Shown: piece by piece, positions 10,582 to 25,239 of the stretch
How positions within the stretch are numbered: position 1 is the stretch's first letter
Layout: each line of letters starts with the position of its first letter
Assembly (NCBI RefSeq): GCF_041956535.1
Contig: NW_027192222.1
Coordinates: 84,426 to 148,425 of the forward strand
Direction: 5' to 3'
DNA: 64,000 nt
From: Calcarisporiella thermophila CBS 279.70
Taxonomy: Eukaryota > Fungi > Calcarisporiellomycota
Notes under the pieces: generated by a model
Database searches by the model: none
The model's input: the letters and a program-made list of their open reading frames with translations, nothing else
Told to the model about the DNA's origin: nothing
Position numbers and translations under genes: made by a program

Positions 10582-11197
10582 TTGATATTTTTGTTTTTTA
10601 TTTTCTGCATAATATTTTTATTGCCGAGTTCAACCACCATCATCTTACTTAATACCTTTTATTACTGACATCTCTGTGACAAGATAGGAGTTTAACAACT
10701 AAAAGCTAGTAAGAAATTGTTAAAAAGGATGAAAATTTACACTACTTCCTGCTGTTTTGAGCGGAATACTGCTGCAAGCTTGGTTTCAGAGTTTTAATAA
10801 CAACTAGTTCTGCACGCAGATGGAAAACTTCTCTAAGATCGAATTATCTATTTATACCATACATCAATTATGCCTGAGCTAGAAATTAGATAAGTCTCAA
10901 TATGTTCGTAACTCATCTAATAATCTTAAAGCAATCTGTGTAATTCATGCCTTACCCATTATTTGATGTTCCTTTCTAAATACTGTTACATGGTTAGTCA
11001 GCAATTATCTGATAACCCCTGAAAATCTGCTAGATCACCGTCTTTTCATATAATCATTACGGTAATTTTATAAAGTACTCCTGAGGGAAGAAAATAGCCA
11101 CAATTATATATTTGCTAAAAGAAGTCTCTAATTAACGCATATATATTGTGCTATTATTTAAATTGTCACTCTATCTACTCTTTTTTAAAATATAAAA

Positions 11198-12670
11198 ATG
11201 TTCATTAAAGCCCTCGTCTTCAGTGTAGTTACTTCATTAGCGGCTTATGCGTTGGCTCCTCACAATAAAGATTCGGAAGTACTAGCTCCTCTACTTCCAG
11301 CCAATAAGGGCATCAAAGTCATTCAAGACAGCTATATTGTGGTGTATAAAGAAGATCACGACATGGAAATCACGGATCAAAGTGTCAAGAATGGAGTGAA
11401 GCAGCTCTATGATTTTGGTGGGTTCAAAGGGTATTCTGGTAAATTCAACACGGAAACTCTGAGAAAAATCCGACAAAACCCAGCGGTAATCTGATTATGA
11501 CGCAGAGCTCTGCTCGGCAAGCTCTAATCGATTTTTCTGCACGTAGGTAAAATATGTTGAACCCGATGGGATCATATCCATCATCGAGACAGTAAATCCA
11601 ACTACAACCCCCTGGAACTTGGTGCGTATCTCACACCGTAACAGAAATGATACTAGTGGTGGATATATATATGATCCTAAAGCTGGCGAAGGAACGACAG
11701 CATATATTCTTGACTCCGGAATTGATATCGATAACCCCGAGTTTGAAGGTAGAGCAAGCTTGGGCGCAAATTTTGCCCAAGATGGGGATAATGATACCCT
11801 TGGTAGGAATGATAAGTGTATATATCCTTAGGCAGTTAATGATTTTGTTATAAATCAGGTCACGGCTCTCATTCGGCTGGTGTGATTGGCAGTAAAACGT
11901 ATGGAGTTGGTAAGTACTTGTAGGGCTGAACAGGGTGAGTTGTTATCCCAACGCATATATCTATTGATTGTAGCCAAAAAAGCCAAACTTATTTCCGTGA
12001 AAGTCATCAATGGAAGCGGCCTAGGGATCATTGTGTAATCTACATATCACCAAGTGATATGTTTAAACACATACTAACACAAATATCATTGTTTGATCTT
12101 AGCGATGTTGTTGGGGCCATCAATTGGGCAGCAAATCATGCTAAAAAGAACAATCCCGGAAAATCAGTTGCAAGCATGCCTTTAGTAGGAGGCATTTCTA
12201 GGTCCATTGATGATGCCGTTAACAAGGTATATAGATAAAACACAATTTTAACATTACAAAACTGTATTCATAATAACATTGGCTTGAAGGCGGTTGAAAG
12301 CGGTCTGCACTTTGCAGTTCCTGCTGGAAATCATAATTCAGACGCATGTAACTACTCCCCAGCCCGTGCTGAAAAAGTCATTTGCGTTGGCGCCACCGAT
12401 GAGCTTGATAGAAAGGCTTCATTTAGTAATTATGGTAGTTGTGTGGATATATTTGCGCCAGGAATGTACATAACCTCGACCTGGTCTAAGAACCGCACAC
12501 AAACTATATCTGGCACATCCGCAGCTTCTTCGCAGGTTGCCGGACTAATCGCTTATTTCCTTTCACTTGAACAACGTGATCCTACTTCAATGCGATCTTT
12601 CTTGAAAGCAATCGCGACCAAAGATGCCATTCCTGGATATGACTTTGTATACAATAATTCCGGTAAATGA
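11198..12670 (+). CDS. Secreted subtilisin S8 (proteinase K-like) with I9 prodomain, multi-exon
   Basis: Signal peptide, I9 (SYIVVYK...GYSGKF), catalytic Asp ILDSG, His GHGS, oxyanion AGN, SFSNYGSCVDIFAPG, Ser SGTSAA. Confidence 0.9.
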
Positions 12671-13135
12671 TTCGGTTCATAGGAAAACTTGAATAAAACA
12701 TTTCTAAGCAAGTACTGTTGATTTTTCGGTCAATCGTTGGAAATAATATTCCAAGAAATAATTGGGAGAACCCTCCTAATTCTTATTCTACCTCCTAATG
12801 AATATGCTATTTGCATTAGTTAATGTATAGTTTGTTCGAGGGTATACAAGATTTATTCTAATTGTCTAATATTTTATCATCCACAGAGGTGCAAATCCAG
12901 TGTACCTTGTATACGAAAGTTGAATGTTGAATTGATAAATGCATTTTGGTCGGATCATCGCAATATAAACCTAATCTAAAATTCTATATCAATGAGAGAT
13001 GGTTTATTCCTAATATCAATCGAGGCTTTAAATATGATACACAGCTTTCGACATTATTTCATCGATCATCAATTAAGCTAGGAAGAGATTTTAGATATTT
13101 TTGATTCCTTCATTCCAACAGCAATCTTTTCTATC

Positions 13136-14875
13136 ATGTATACCCGCCAATTGCTAGCGGCGCCAATGAATACTGTATACTCTACTTCAGCAGACAATAA
13201 TGCAGATGAAACAGAAAACCATCTGCAACCACTCTTGGCTTCAGATGCATTGCACTTTCAACTCAAACTGAATTCATATACTGATCTACATAATCTTCTC
13301 AGTGCTCAGTACCTCTTCGATGGTATCTTATTACCTGATAACCTTTTTCGACCTCCAATCTACACTAAAGCTACCAACAGAGAGCATACAGATTACTGCT
13401 CTTACTTTAAGATTCTTATATTCCCAAAACCAATTGAAGATAAAATCGTCAGATGGCCGACAAGATCTTACATTTCCAAAGACAAGCTGCTCATCGATCA
13501 ACTATTCCATGTCTATTTGAGTGCTTGTTGTGTAGACTCTATACACCCAGACAGTGAAACTTTTCTTAAGAGCTATTATTGCTACGAACTCGAGCCTGCA
13601 CTTGTTCACACTGCTGTCGCAAGTGCAGCAGTCCATTTATTACTATCACATCCGGAGATATCATTTAGTAGTAAGCTCCAAGCGGCTGTAGGGGGTCTGT
13701 TTGCACGGGCAAAAGAGTCATTGGCAGACGTATTTGATACTCCATCTCCACAGATTGTTCTTGCCTTTCTAAATATGAATATTTGTCTGCAATATCTTTA
13801 TCGCTATAAGGATGCATATGCATTCTACTCACAGGCTGCACACATGGCACTCTCACTCCAGATGGACAAGGACAATGCTACAGAGAAGGATTTTATACAG
13901 ATAGAGTTTCAAAGAAGGATCTGGTAAAAAGATCTAGTCTTTTACCCATGATATATATTCATTGACATCATGTAATCAAATAATTCAAAGGAGTGAAATT
14001 TGCATGCGTGAATTGGAATATGTATTTGAATTTGACATGCCGCCTTTAATAAGCATGGATACTATCAAATCATCCCCCAAACCTACCGTGACAACGAGAG
14101 ATAGCGAGTCGTATAAGTTTGAAACAGTAATAAGACAGAATAGCTGACAAATATGCATTATATCAACTAACTAACCTAATATTGCAGATATACTTCATGC
14201 TGAAGATTGCCACATATTCTAAACTTTCGGAACTTAGAAACATTGATTGGGCACTTCCCGATGTTATTATCACACAAAAACTTGCTGGCCTTGCCGCGTA
14301 TTTACAAAATGAACTAACCGAACTAACTCAGTACTGCAATGAAGGAGACCTGCGAAAGATTCACTCTCCAATAGTAACATTCGATTTTTGGTTACAATGG
14401 AGTGCTCTTTGGCGACAATTTATCAAATCAGACGCACCTGCCGAGAGATTGGAAACAAATTTGATGCAACAATTACGTGAAAAGGCATTCGACGAGTATA
14501 TTAAGGTAACAGTATTTTAAGATTTCTGTATGCATGTTGATTGGCGTCATGCTACATCTATACTTCATTAAACAGGGCCTAATCCAATGCATAAGATTCT
14601 TTAACTGGAAAATTGTTTCCCAAGTCAGATGCAAATCGAGATTTCTCTTAACGGCAAATCTTATTTACGAAGGTGTTAAGTTCATTGCTCAAATGCATCC
14701 CGAAATTCGGATACGACGCAAGATCTTCCAGGAGCTCTTAAAGATATTAAATACTCTGCAATCACCGGAAGCTAGAGGTGTATTGTCGCAGTTGCTTGCT
14801 TGCCAATTCATGGATGCATTAGAGGAGTTAAAACCAACAATATTTTCAAAGGAGGTGCTGGAACGTACAGCCTGA
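13136..14875 (+). CDS. Fungal-specific transcription factor middle-homology-domain protein (no Zn2Cys6 cluster seen)
   Basis: ...AYAFYSQAAHMALSLQMD...IEFQRRIW resembles the Fungal_trans signature. Four ORF blocks separated by short introns; true start uncertain. Confidence 0.6.
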
Positions 14876-15676
14876 AATCAAAACTGAAAAATATTAGAAA
14901 TTGGAAAAAGGTATTTGAAGTGGTTGGATGATACTAAATTTTCTCAATAATTACAGTGTTTCTATTTGAATTGTCGAAAAACATTTAGTTTTATAGCAAA
15001 GGTTCGAAGAAAATGTACCTTGTAAAATAGAATCGCTGTGTTTTCTAGTACTTTTAATGAAAAGAACTTAGAGATTTTATATTATCCAGCACTCATCAAT
15101 AGTTGTATTAATTTTGCAATCGTTGTTTTCTTCGAATAGACTGCAGATTTTGTCAGCAGTCCACGCTTCACGATGAAGCGACTGATTTATTGGATAAAAT
15201 GAGCTGATTCAAAGAGTAAAACAAACAATCCACAGACAAATATTAGAATAAATCTTTATTGTTGAAGATAAATGTTCAAAACCATAAGAAGAATTCTCTC
15301 AAAATGATGTCTCCTTGGCCGTTTTGAGCTAGTTGCTTCCGTTTAAGATGGATCACTAAACTGAAAATTTCCATTGTGAATCAGAGAGCGGCTCCAAAAA
15401 GGAGCTGCAAGATGCACCACTCCAGATAATTGAATTGTATAATATACTATTCATTTATCTGGGCCAATCAAATATCGTAACTCTTATATCCTTATATATT
15501 TTTTGTCTGATTCTTTTGGAATCTCTTATATGATGTTGGCTATTTTTGAAGAAAATGATGAGATTTGAAATATTGAGGAATTAGGGCCATATATGGGAAA
15601 CCTATCCATTCAAGCAAATGAGCCACATTCTTTGTACTTTTTATTGAAGCCTATCTAAGTAGATACGAATTCGATA

Positions 15677-16474
15677 ATGAGGATTATCGGCCTTACGGGC
15701 GGCATAGCCACGGGGAAAAGCACTGTATCCCGTGCTTTTCGGTCTCTCAGCATTCCTGTCATAGATGCAGATCTCATAGCACATCAAATTATGGAGCCAG
15801 GTCAACCTGGATATCGTGACATCCTTCGTCATTTCGGAACATCAATACTTCATCCAGACGGACGCATCGATCGCGAAAAATTAGGTGCTATAATTTTCGC
15901 TGATGCTGAGCAGCGTAAAGTGCTAAACAAGTGTACACATCCGCATGTCAGAAGAGAAATTTGGAAAAAAATATTTTGGTACTGGTTTGTGGGGGAAAGA
16001 TTAATAGTGCTAGATGTTCCTCTCCTTATTGAAAGCGGAATGCACAAATTTGTGAGCGCAGTGGTAGTAGTCTTCTGGTGAGATTATCGCTTCTCTTTGA
16101 CTGCATTTTTTTTTCCTTGATATTCTCCCAGCTTGGCATTGCGGTCTTATAATTTATTCTATAGCTCTGAAAAATTACAGCTCTCTCGCCTGATGGCACG
16201 CGACAACTCTACAGAACAACAGGCGAAACAACGTATTCGCGCACAGATGCCTCTCTCAGAAAAATGCAGATACGCGAACCATATCATCGACAATTCCGGA
16301 AGCAAGGCGGAGACAGAGAGGCAAGTTCGCAATCTTGTGGAGAAGCTGCAACCAAACGTAGTAGTATGGCTATTAAGATGGGCTGGACCTGTAGTACTTT
16401 TGGCTTGCACAGCTGGGTTAACCATCTGGTTGTCGCGTGGGGGATATCATCAGTTACTAGAGTTACGGCAATAA
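15677..16474 (+). CDS. CAB5: Dephospho-CoA kinase with C-terminal membrane anchor, 2 exons
   Basis: MRIIGLTGGIATGKS P-loop, IDAD, LDVPLLIE, QMPLSEK...IIDNSG; hydrophobic tail. Confidence 0.95.
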
Positions 16475-16658
16475 TCCGTATTATTGGTATTTCTGATTTC
16501 TTAATTTATTCAACTAGACTTCTAACATCAGACAGCAACTTGTGGAATAAAATAAAAACAAAGACTTCAAAAACAAATTTTTAAAGTATGAAAGAGAATA
16601 TATATTTTATATAATAATGTGCAGCGATAAAATCGAATAGTGTATGTTAATAATCTGC

Positions 16659-19063
16659 TCACACCTTTCTTAATCTGGCCTCTTTCTTTTTCGTCCAAAC
16701 ATCTTTCAACACCTGTTTGATCCTTGCTTCTCCTTCTGTGAAATTTGCTACCGCAGTACGCACAAGTTGGTCAATTTGCTCGGGTGTCCATACAAGATTG
16801 TACTATAAAGATGGCATGCATTAAAATGTGTTCAAATTATAGTGATCCCTTGTCTTACTTACAGTGCTGCAGAAAGGCGCCTTACAAGGGTCAAACGTCG
16901 AGTCAACCTTATTTGGATAGAGAGCCATATACAGTAAATGAAAATCGTTCGTTGCTTGAGGAACGTTGTGTTCTCCCAAATTTGGCGTGTTTCCGCGAAG
17001 GGGAGGATTAATGGCTTGTCCATAGTAGACTTCACAATACCGACCTGTGAAACGCCGTGCGACCATATCAGGTGTACGGTCGAAAACTGGACGGATATCC
17101 CAATAATCTGGATCATGCTGGGCTCCAGCCTGAGCCTCGGTACTTTCAGACTTTGACTCAGCCGTATGTGATGTAGTAGTGTTTTGAGGAATGTCGAGAA
17201 TAGGGTTTCCGTGTTCATCCAGCTTTGTCCATTTAATCCCTTTTCTTGTGCTGAAACTGACGTAGCGTTCCAAGAAGTCACCGCATTCCACATCACTGCT
17301 CGCATCCACTGCGAGCACCACGTCTACTGGTCTCGCCGGATGTGTCATTGGATATAGTGGCAAATTATTGTCGAAACCCGCATCCAGTAGCTGGATAAGC
17401 TGAGTTGTGTATATACCGGGTGGATTTGGAGGAGGGTCGATCTGGAAGAGCGGGTTGGGATTGCTGGGTGGAGTAATTGGATGATGTGATTCAAATATCT
17501 CCACTCCATCTTCGCCCCAGGCTTCCGCAACCTCATCCGCGACTTTCCTAAGGATATTCCCGAAGAAGCCCTCGGGTAAATTGCGCTGTAACGTCCCAAT
17601 ATAAGCACTCAAAGGTGCAGCAGGAGCACTGCCCCATGCCCCCATCATGGCCCCGATGTCTTGCTCTGGGAGCAGCTCTGTGCTCTCGCCCTGCACAAAA
17701 TGTCGTCCCCATCCCCAAGTGGGAATCCAGGCCTGCAGCTCATCGCACCCAATTTCATATGGTGTGAATTCGAACCATTGAAACCATGCGTCCTCTGCCT
17801 CCATTTCTTCCTTGCGATTTGCGGGCTGGCCTACCCCGAATGGTGCATGTGGATCGACCCAATACTTCCAAGGTCGCTCATGTCGCACCGCCGTATATAT
17901 CGGTAGGGGATGCGATCCATCCTCTGTCAAAATAATTAGTTCCGTCAAGTTCAATTATTTTTAAATCAATCTCTATTTCAAGCATACCAAAAAGTTTTCG
18001 TTGATTAGAAAGCTTCCAATGGCTTGGAATTAATCGCTTTTGCCGAGTGAGCATTAGCCGTCCCCCAATAAGCGCACCATACATGTCCATGCTGACTACC
18101 GGCACATTCAAGAGCTTCTTAACTTCAAGCCCTCCAAGCATTAGTTGCGCCGCGCCTTGAGTGAGAAGCACTTCAAAAAGCGCTGCTGGTGCAGCTGGGT
18201 GCAGGTGACAACGTCGTTTAATGTGTTCAATGAGTTCAACGGGATCCCCCTCTGCAACGGTATAGTAACATGCAAGGGCCCATGTTGATCCTAGGTAGAA
18301 GATAGTGTCATTTCGACGATAAACTATCAGTTCAAATTCAGAAAGCTACCAGAGACACCAGATAGATAAGAGCATAAATCGAGTAGACCTGACTTTTTCA
18401 TTGCCATCAGGTAGGCTGCTGAAGTTATCATGGCGCGATATCCACCTCCACTATATAGCCAGGGATAAAAGGGAATCCAAGCTCAGTCACCTGATAGTGT
18501 CAAATTTGCGTAAGTTTATGCAACCTTCCTCCGAACGCAATAACAGGTAAATCTTCCTCGGAGACCTCCTCTTCGCTCACATCAATGTACTTAGCAAATG
18601 CCTTCCTTACGTGTTGAAGTCTTTTCCTCAAGAACTCAGCCTCAGCCGCACACAGCTTATTCCCTCGTCTAACGTGTGCCTTTTGCCTTACTTCAGGGTG
18701 CAGTAAAGGATCTCCGATATCATCCACAGATACGCGTTCGAGCTCGAAGAGAACGTGGAAATAGTCACGCACTGACTTTGGAATATGTTCCATAAAGAAT
18801 TGACGCGGATTTTTAAAGAAGCTAGAATGTTCATGCTTGGGTTCATCAGAGTGACTGATGTATTCTGTGGCTTCGGTTCCAATTTCCTTTTCATGTCCTT
18901 GTTCATGTTGATGGGGCTCTGGTTGCTTAGAATGACGATACTCTTCAACGCGCTTGGCTAGCTCATTCATGTAAGAGGTGCTGAGCGGGGCGGGCTGGCT
19001 CTGGAATTGCTGTTTAGCTACTTGAGAGTCGTATTCCTTTTGCCTTACCCGATAGTTGTCCAT
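16659..19063 (-). CDS. Cytosolic phospholipase A2 / lysophospholipase (PLA2c domain), multi-exon
   Basis: PVIAFGG-SGGGYRAM oxyanion loop, SGVSGS-W nucleophile motif, PLPIYTAV, WFEFTPYEIG, LLDAG, VDAS. Confidence 0.88.
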
Positions 19064-19755
19064 GGTGGTAGGGGCGCTGGAGTCAAGAGAGGCGGTTATA
19101 TTGAATGGAGTTAGCGAGGAATTGCTTAAGTGACGCGACAGAAAAACAGTCCATCGAAAAGAATAAGCTAAGGCTATAAATACCGGCTCTGCCTGTCGAA
19201 CAAAAAATTTTCTACCCCGCACGTGCACCATATTGTTAAGAAGCGTTTTAATTAATTTTGTTTTTGATTTTTCAATCTGGCTCCACCTCCTGTGCTTGGC
19301 TATCGAACATGAGATTAGCGAATGAGCTCCCGACTTACAGAGGATAGGGGATTTACAATGTGTTCAACTGACACATTATCGCTTATTTTCCTATGTTCTA
19401 TAAACTCTAACCTAACCTCAATGTTAATACATTCTTGATCAAACGTAACTTCTCATATCGAATTTTTTACTCCACCTTGTTATAGCCCAAACTTGCATCT
19501 TTAGTTTCTTGATACCCATCGCTGTTCATGAGAAATTCGCTCGCTCTTTCTGAACTACGCTACTCTTTTCCTAATTCGACAATCCCCGATACTCTAACTT
19601 GTCCTAACTCCAGCTTCCAGTCCAGCTCCTGATATTCGCCACTTCTCATCTAGTACAAGATTAACATAATTGGGAATACAATCTATTTCTGTTTTCTGAT
19701 ATATATCTTAGGCTGTGGGTTCATTCCCGGCCTCAAGTGATTCTATCTTGTTAAA

Positions 19756-22700
19756 ATGTTGTTGTGGGAGCGATTTTTGCTTCTTTTCCTATTATTATTT
19801 CCGGGTTTTACCTATGCTGACAATGGATTCACTCACTGCTACGGCGTTTCGGTATACATGACCATTTACAATGTCACGCAATCATATCTTCCGAATGCCA
19901 ATGCCATCAATTTAACGGTTTTGGGAGCAACCTCCCAGGAGGTCCCTATGCAGATTGAAAACAGTAAGCCACCATAATGACAAATCTATTGGATTAGGCG
20001 AATTTTAACATAGTCTACTACTCATTTTTCAGCTCTAGCAACTGGTTTTCCGCAAGCGTCCATTTTAAATTGGTTATATTATAATGAGCCAAAAAATCTA
20101 TGCACAATGGTGGATGGGGGATGCCCCATCAGGCCAGGAAATGTTACAATTAGGATGGTAATAACTGCTTTTGATTTGTTCTTTTTTTTTTCTTTAACTG
20201 ATCGTAATATCTACACTGTAATAGACTATTCCTTTGCCTGGCAATAATATCCCGATCGGAGATGTTACGACCAAGTTTTCTGCCCGAGATCCAACAGGCA
20301 CAACATTTACCTGTCTTCAGGGCGACCCTATCCCGTTCCATCATAGCACATGGCAGTTAGTGTTCACGTGGACATCCGTCGCCATCACGCTCTTTTCTTC
20401 AATGGCTACAGTAATGCCGGGACTAGTGCATGGCCAACTTTCGGGCGATGTGTTCATTTACACAAGCAATTATGCCATGGAGTCGAAAATTTTGCGTGCG
20501 AAGACACCAGGTTTGACGGATCTATTCTTCTACGCACAATTTTTATTAGCCAGTGGCCAGTTGAATTTGAGCTACCCGAAATACTATCAATATTTCGTCG
20601 CAGATTTCTCCTGGGCCGGCCTCTTTTTGAACACAGACTGGCTAATGAATATCGCGCGGAGCACCTATACTGGCGGCTCGTCCAAAGAGAGCTTCTCTGC
20701 ACCCCCACCACCGACGAATAATGCCATTTCGCCAGCGCCTTCAGGTGTGGCTGGCACACGGTCGTTGAAGGTGTCTGCCCCTACCCCCAGATCCCTCTCT
20801 TCATCTCCACTTCAAGAACCTCAGATTTTTCGGCGCCAGGCATCTTCTCCTAGTATGTTGCCTCCAGAGATAAACCCGAAATCGGCGGATTCTGCGGCCT
20901 CATTCAATATCTCAGATACTGGGCTAGGTCGCTTCGCCTCCATTACGGGAATCGACCCATCTGCGCTTTTCCTAACGGTGCTGATCTGGTTCTGTATTAT
21001 CTTTGGAGTTATCTTCGCAATACATCTGCTGATTTGGGTTGCCTCGGAATTACTTGCGTGCCAATTTCCTTATCGTTTCGGTGGAGCAAGACCCAAGATC
21101 ATTAATTTCGCCATTGGTAGGGAAATACATTTACGTATATGTGTTTGTTTCCGTGGGAATTGAATTCATGCTTGTATCTGTCTTTATATGCTAGGCAATA
21201 TGCTGCGTTTGCTCTGGATCTTCTATCTGCCTCTCCTTTCTGCCAGTTTTTTCCAACTGATGTCGCCCTCAGTTTGGTATTTGGACATGATTGCGGCACT
21301 TATGATCGTTTTTCCGCTGATTGGCCTAATGGCATACGTTTCATATCTAATCCTACGTGTGCGACCGCCTTCGATGCTCTTCGACGATTTTGGAATTCTC
21401 CTGCGCCTCGGTCCTCTGTACAACATGTTCACAGACGAGACTTTCCAATTTTTTTTAGCAATGCTGCTCTATCGCTTCCTTTACGGAGCCATCATTGGAC
21501 TCACCCCCAGCAGTCGTGAATCTGGAACGGCCCAAATAGTGGTGCTGTGTGCGATAGAACTCGCCTATTTGGTGGGACTCTTCCTCAAGCGGCCCTATGC
21601 CGACAACGATGTCACGAACTTTCACATCTTTTTCTCCATTCTGCGCACGACCATCATGTGCTTCTCTCTGGTGTACATCGAGGCCTTCAGAGTAAGCGAA
21701 GTTAGCAAGCAGTGGATAGGCTATATACAGATTCTTCTGCATTGCATTGCTTATCTCGTCTTCTTTGTGTCGTCTTCGTTGACGTTGTTTGCGTTGGTCT
21801 TTGGATATGACGGCGATGTAACAGAATCCCTGGGTGCGCGACTATGGAAGGCTCGACTAAGGCAAAGCCGACAGGGTGGCGATGTAGGAATGGATACCAT
21901 GGCTGCGGGCGATCCTAGAGTGGAAGGGTTTGGGAGCCCGAGTGACGGCTACGGGAGTCCCACACTCATTCCGCTGGATGAGCACAAAGGGTTGGAGATG
22001 GAGATGGAGAATGTCACCAACGTGCCCCAGCTTCCGCACATAGAGACGACCAAGCGACCGTATAGCCAGCAGCAGCTCTATGACGAGTATTTGTCTCCTG
22101 AAGCTGCTATGGTGAGCTCTGCCTCCGTTGGGAACGGAAAAGATTCCCCACACGATACAAGCCCCGTGTTATCCTATGTAAGTGGCTCGAACCGGCCTGT
22201 CTCGACGGTGTCTTCCTCGATCGGTGATGAGCCCCCTCCAGAGCAACCCAGCTTCTACCGACATTCCAGGCGAAGCATGCGTAAGAAGAAGGCGCTAATG
22301 TCGAGACCGCTGCGATCACCGCAGCCGCTGGAGTCGCTTGAAGAGCCCCAGCGGGGGTACGAGGAGGAGGAGGCGGGGGAAGAGGGGGACGAGCGGGAGG
22401 AGGATCGCGACTACGCTAGAGGCTACGCTTATACTCCGAATGTCACGGATTCTCCCGTGTCGGGACAGCTGAGTGTGAATCAAAATTTGACCGGAACGAC
22501 ATGCCCAATCTGTGGTGCGGCCGGCTTTTGCGGATGCAATAGTTCGCGAGATGAGGTGAGCGAGCGTTCATCACGTGTAGATTACCGGCACGAGCACGAG
22601 GTTCATCGCCCGATACCTTATTCCAGCACTTCACACTTCTACCATCGTGGCGCAGAGCAACCTTATTTTCACCGCGAGCATATCCAAGCCCCTCCGGGAG

Positions 22701-22906
22701 GAGGCGGAGGTGAAGGTTTCGGCTTGGGCTCGCCCTCACCTGACCCTGAGCATCCCTTGGCGAGAAGGGGGGTGGCCTACTCAGTGGACCGCGAGTCGCA
22801 GGGTCATGGTGGGGACCATGGCAGGCGTGGTGCGCCGGGCGAGGGCGAGGGCGAGGGGGAAGCCGAGCAGCCGCCCTCTGTACCACCGCATCGGTATTTT
22901 GATTGA
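19756..22906 (+). CDS. TRP-like / flavin carrier (FLC/Pkd2 family) membrane protein
   Basis: Signal peptide, ML-like N-domain (LCTMVDGGCPI), TPGLTDLFFYAQF...GQLNLSYPKYY...FSWA, multiple TM helices, LGPLYNMF, KRPY and a disordered C-tail. Confidence 0.85.
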
Positions 22907-23439
22907 CAGATGACGAGGCCAAAACAATAACTCTGTTATAATTTACAATAAGGATTTTCCCCCTCTATTTATGGTCGATTAGTAGTTTTCTTTTATTCTA
23001 ATTGTTTTCTTATCTTTCTTGGTACTCCTCCCCTCCGAACCCTACCCCATTCCTATTTTCCCACCTCCACCATTACAAATCCGTTCTAATTTTCCTGGTT
23101 TGCGCCTTTGTTCTATTATGTTCTATTTTCCCCTTGTGTACTGGATATTCTCTTGGACATTTGAAAAATAATCATGGAAAATTTTCCGTGAATTAAGCTC
23201 AGTTTTTAAAGCGAGAAACCTTAACGTCATGCTCTCCACCCGTATTCGCGGCGTGAAAGGGTAGCACAGAGTCACACTAATTATTATTTCTCCACGCGGT
23301 TTTCTCACACCTGAAAAAAGAAAACACTGCAAAGCATTTTTTCCCCCTCGCGGATATAATATCGCTCTTGCGACCCAGTCGAAGAATCCATTTTCACTAG
23401 CACATCCCTTCTGATTCTCCTCCTTTTCCATATCACATC

Positions 23440-25191
23440 ATGCCGGAATTCGTTGGTGCCATCGATCAGGGAACCACCTCCTCCCGCTTCCTCATCTTCA
23501 GCAACCGCGGCGAGCTGGTCGCCTCCCATCAGCTGGAGTTTGCACAGCACTACCCTCATCCCGGGTAAGCTTCCCTCTGACAAATAGATTTATATATACT
23601 TAGGCCTCAGTTTTGTTGTTTGATTCGATACTTACTATGTGGTTTGGGCGATTAGATGGGTAGAGCACAATCCCGAAGATATTATGGAGTCGGTGAGAGA
23701 GTGCATTCGAGTCGCCATGGAAAAATTTGAAGCATTAGGTCATAGCAAATCCGATATTCGAGGTGCGCGCCCCTTCTACCCCGATTTTTACTCGCAATCG
23801 GCTTAATTTTTTTTTGCATCTAACTAGGAGTCGGCATCACAAACCAACGTGAGACTACTGTTGCATGGGATGCCGAGACAGGAGAGGCTCTTTACAATGC
23901 CATTGTATGGTGTGACACACGTACCCTCGAAACCGTTCACGAGCTTGCAGGGCGCTCCGATAAAGGCGCAAAGGCCCTGCAAAATGTTTGTGGACTTCCC
24001 TTGACAACCTACTTCTCCGGAGTCAAGGTGAAATGGATGCTTGACAATGTCCCCGCCGTTAAGGAAGCTTTGGAATCCGGCCGGTTGCGCGTTGGCACCA
24101 TCGATTCCTGGCTGATTTATAAGCTGACAGGCGGAAAAGAGGGGGGCGTGTTGGTGACGGATGTGACGAACGCCAGCCGCACTATGTTCATGGATATCCG
24201 AAAGTTGGAGTGGAGCGAGGAATGTTGCGAATTCTTTGGAATCACCCCCAGCGTCCTCCCCAAGATTGCCACTTCCTCTGAAGTGTATGGCAGGTTCGTA
24301 AGTGGCCCGCTGGAGGGCACGCCGATTGCGGGATGCCTCGGCGATCAGCAAGCCGCTCTTGTTGGGCAAAAATGCTTCCAAGCTGGCGATGCTAAAAACA
24401 CCTACGGCACAGGGTGCTTCATGCTGTTCAATACCGGCACAGAGCCCGTCCTCTCGACCCATGGCCTGCTCACCACTGTTGCCTACCAGTTCGCTGGCTC
24501 GGAGCCCCACTATGCCCTGGAAGGATCCGTCGCTGTCGCTGGATCGGCAGTCAAGTGGGTGCGCGACAATCTCGGCCTCATCAAGGAGGCCCACGAGATT
24601 GGCGAGCTCGCAACCAAAGTCCCCAACACAGGAGGCGTCTACTTCGTCACCGCTTTCTCCGGCCTCTTTGCTCCCTATTGGAGAGACGACGCAAGAGGTG
24701 TGCTGGTTGGGCTGACTCAGTATACCAACAAGTACCACATTGCACGCGCAACCCTTGAGGCTGTGTGCTTCCAGACCCGGGCTATCCTCGATGCTATGAA
24801 CCTTGACTCCGGAAAAGAGCTCACCGGTCTCAAGGTTGATGGTGGCATGACCAATTCGGATGTATGCATGCAGTTGCAAGCTGATATTTTGGGAATTGAA
24901 GTTGGTAAGTAGCGCTTAGTTCATCGCCACCCTCTTAGCTTGTGCTTAATATTTGTATTTTTTTTTTTTTTCGTTTGAAATTTAGACCGACCCGAGATGA
25001 GGGAAACCACAGCCCTTGGAGCTGCCTTTGCGGCTGGTATTGCAACTGGAGTTTGGAAATCACTCTCCGAGCTCACCAGCATCAACACAGAAGGGCAGAC
25101 CCTCTTCAAACCCCAAATCTCTGGGGAAGAGCGCGAAGCCAAATACAAGGATTGGCAACGTGCGGTGGAAAAAAGTCTTAACTGGGTTTAA
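23440..25191 (+). CDS. GUT1: Glycerol kinase, 4 exons
   Basis: [72 protein letters not shown]. Confidence 0.97.
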
Positions 25192-25239
25192 TATAGAAGT
25201 TCGAAAGGGACTTATTTTTTCTGTAATTTATTTTAACGT

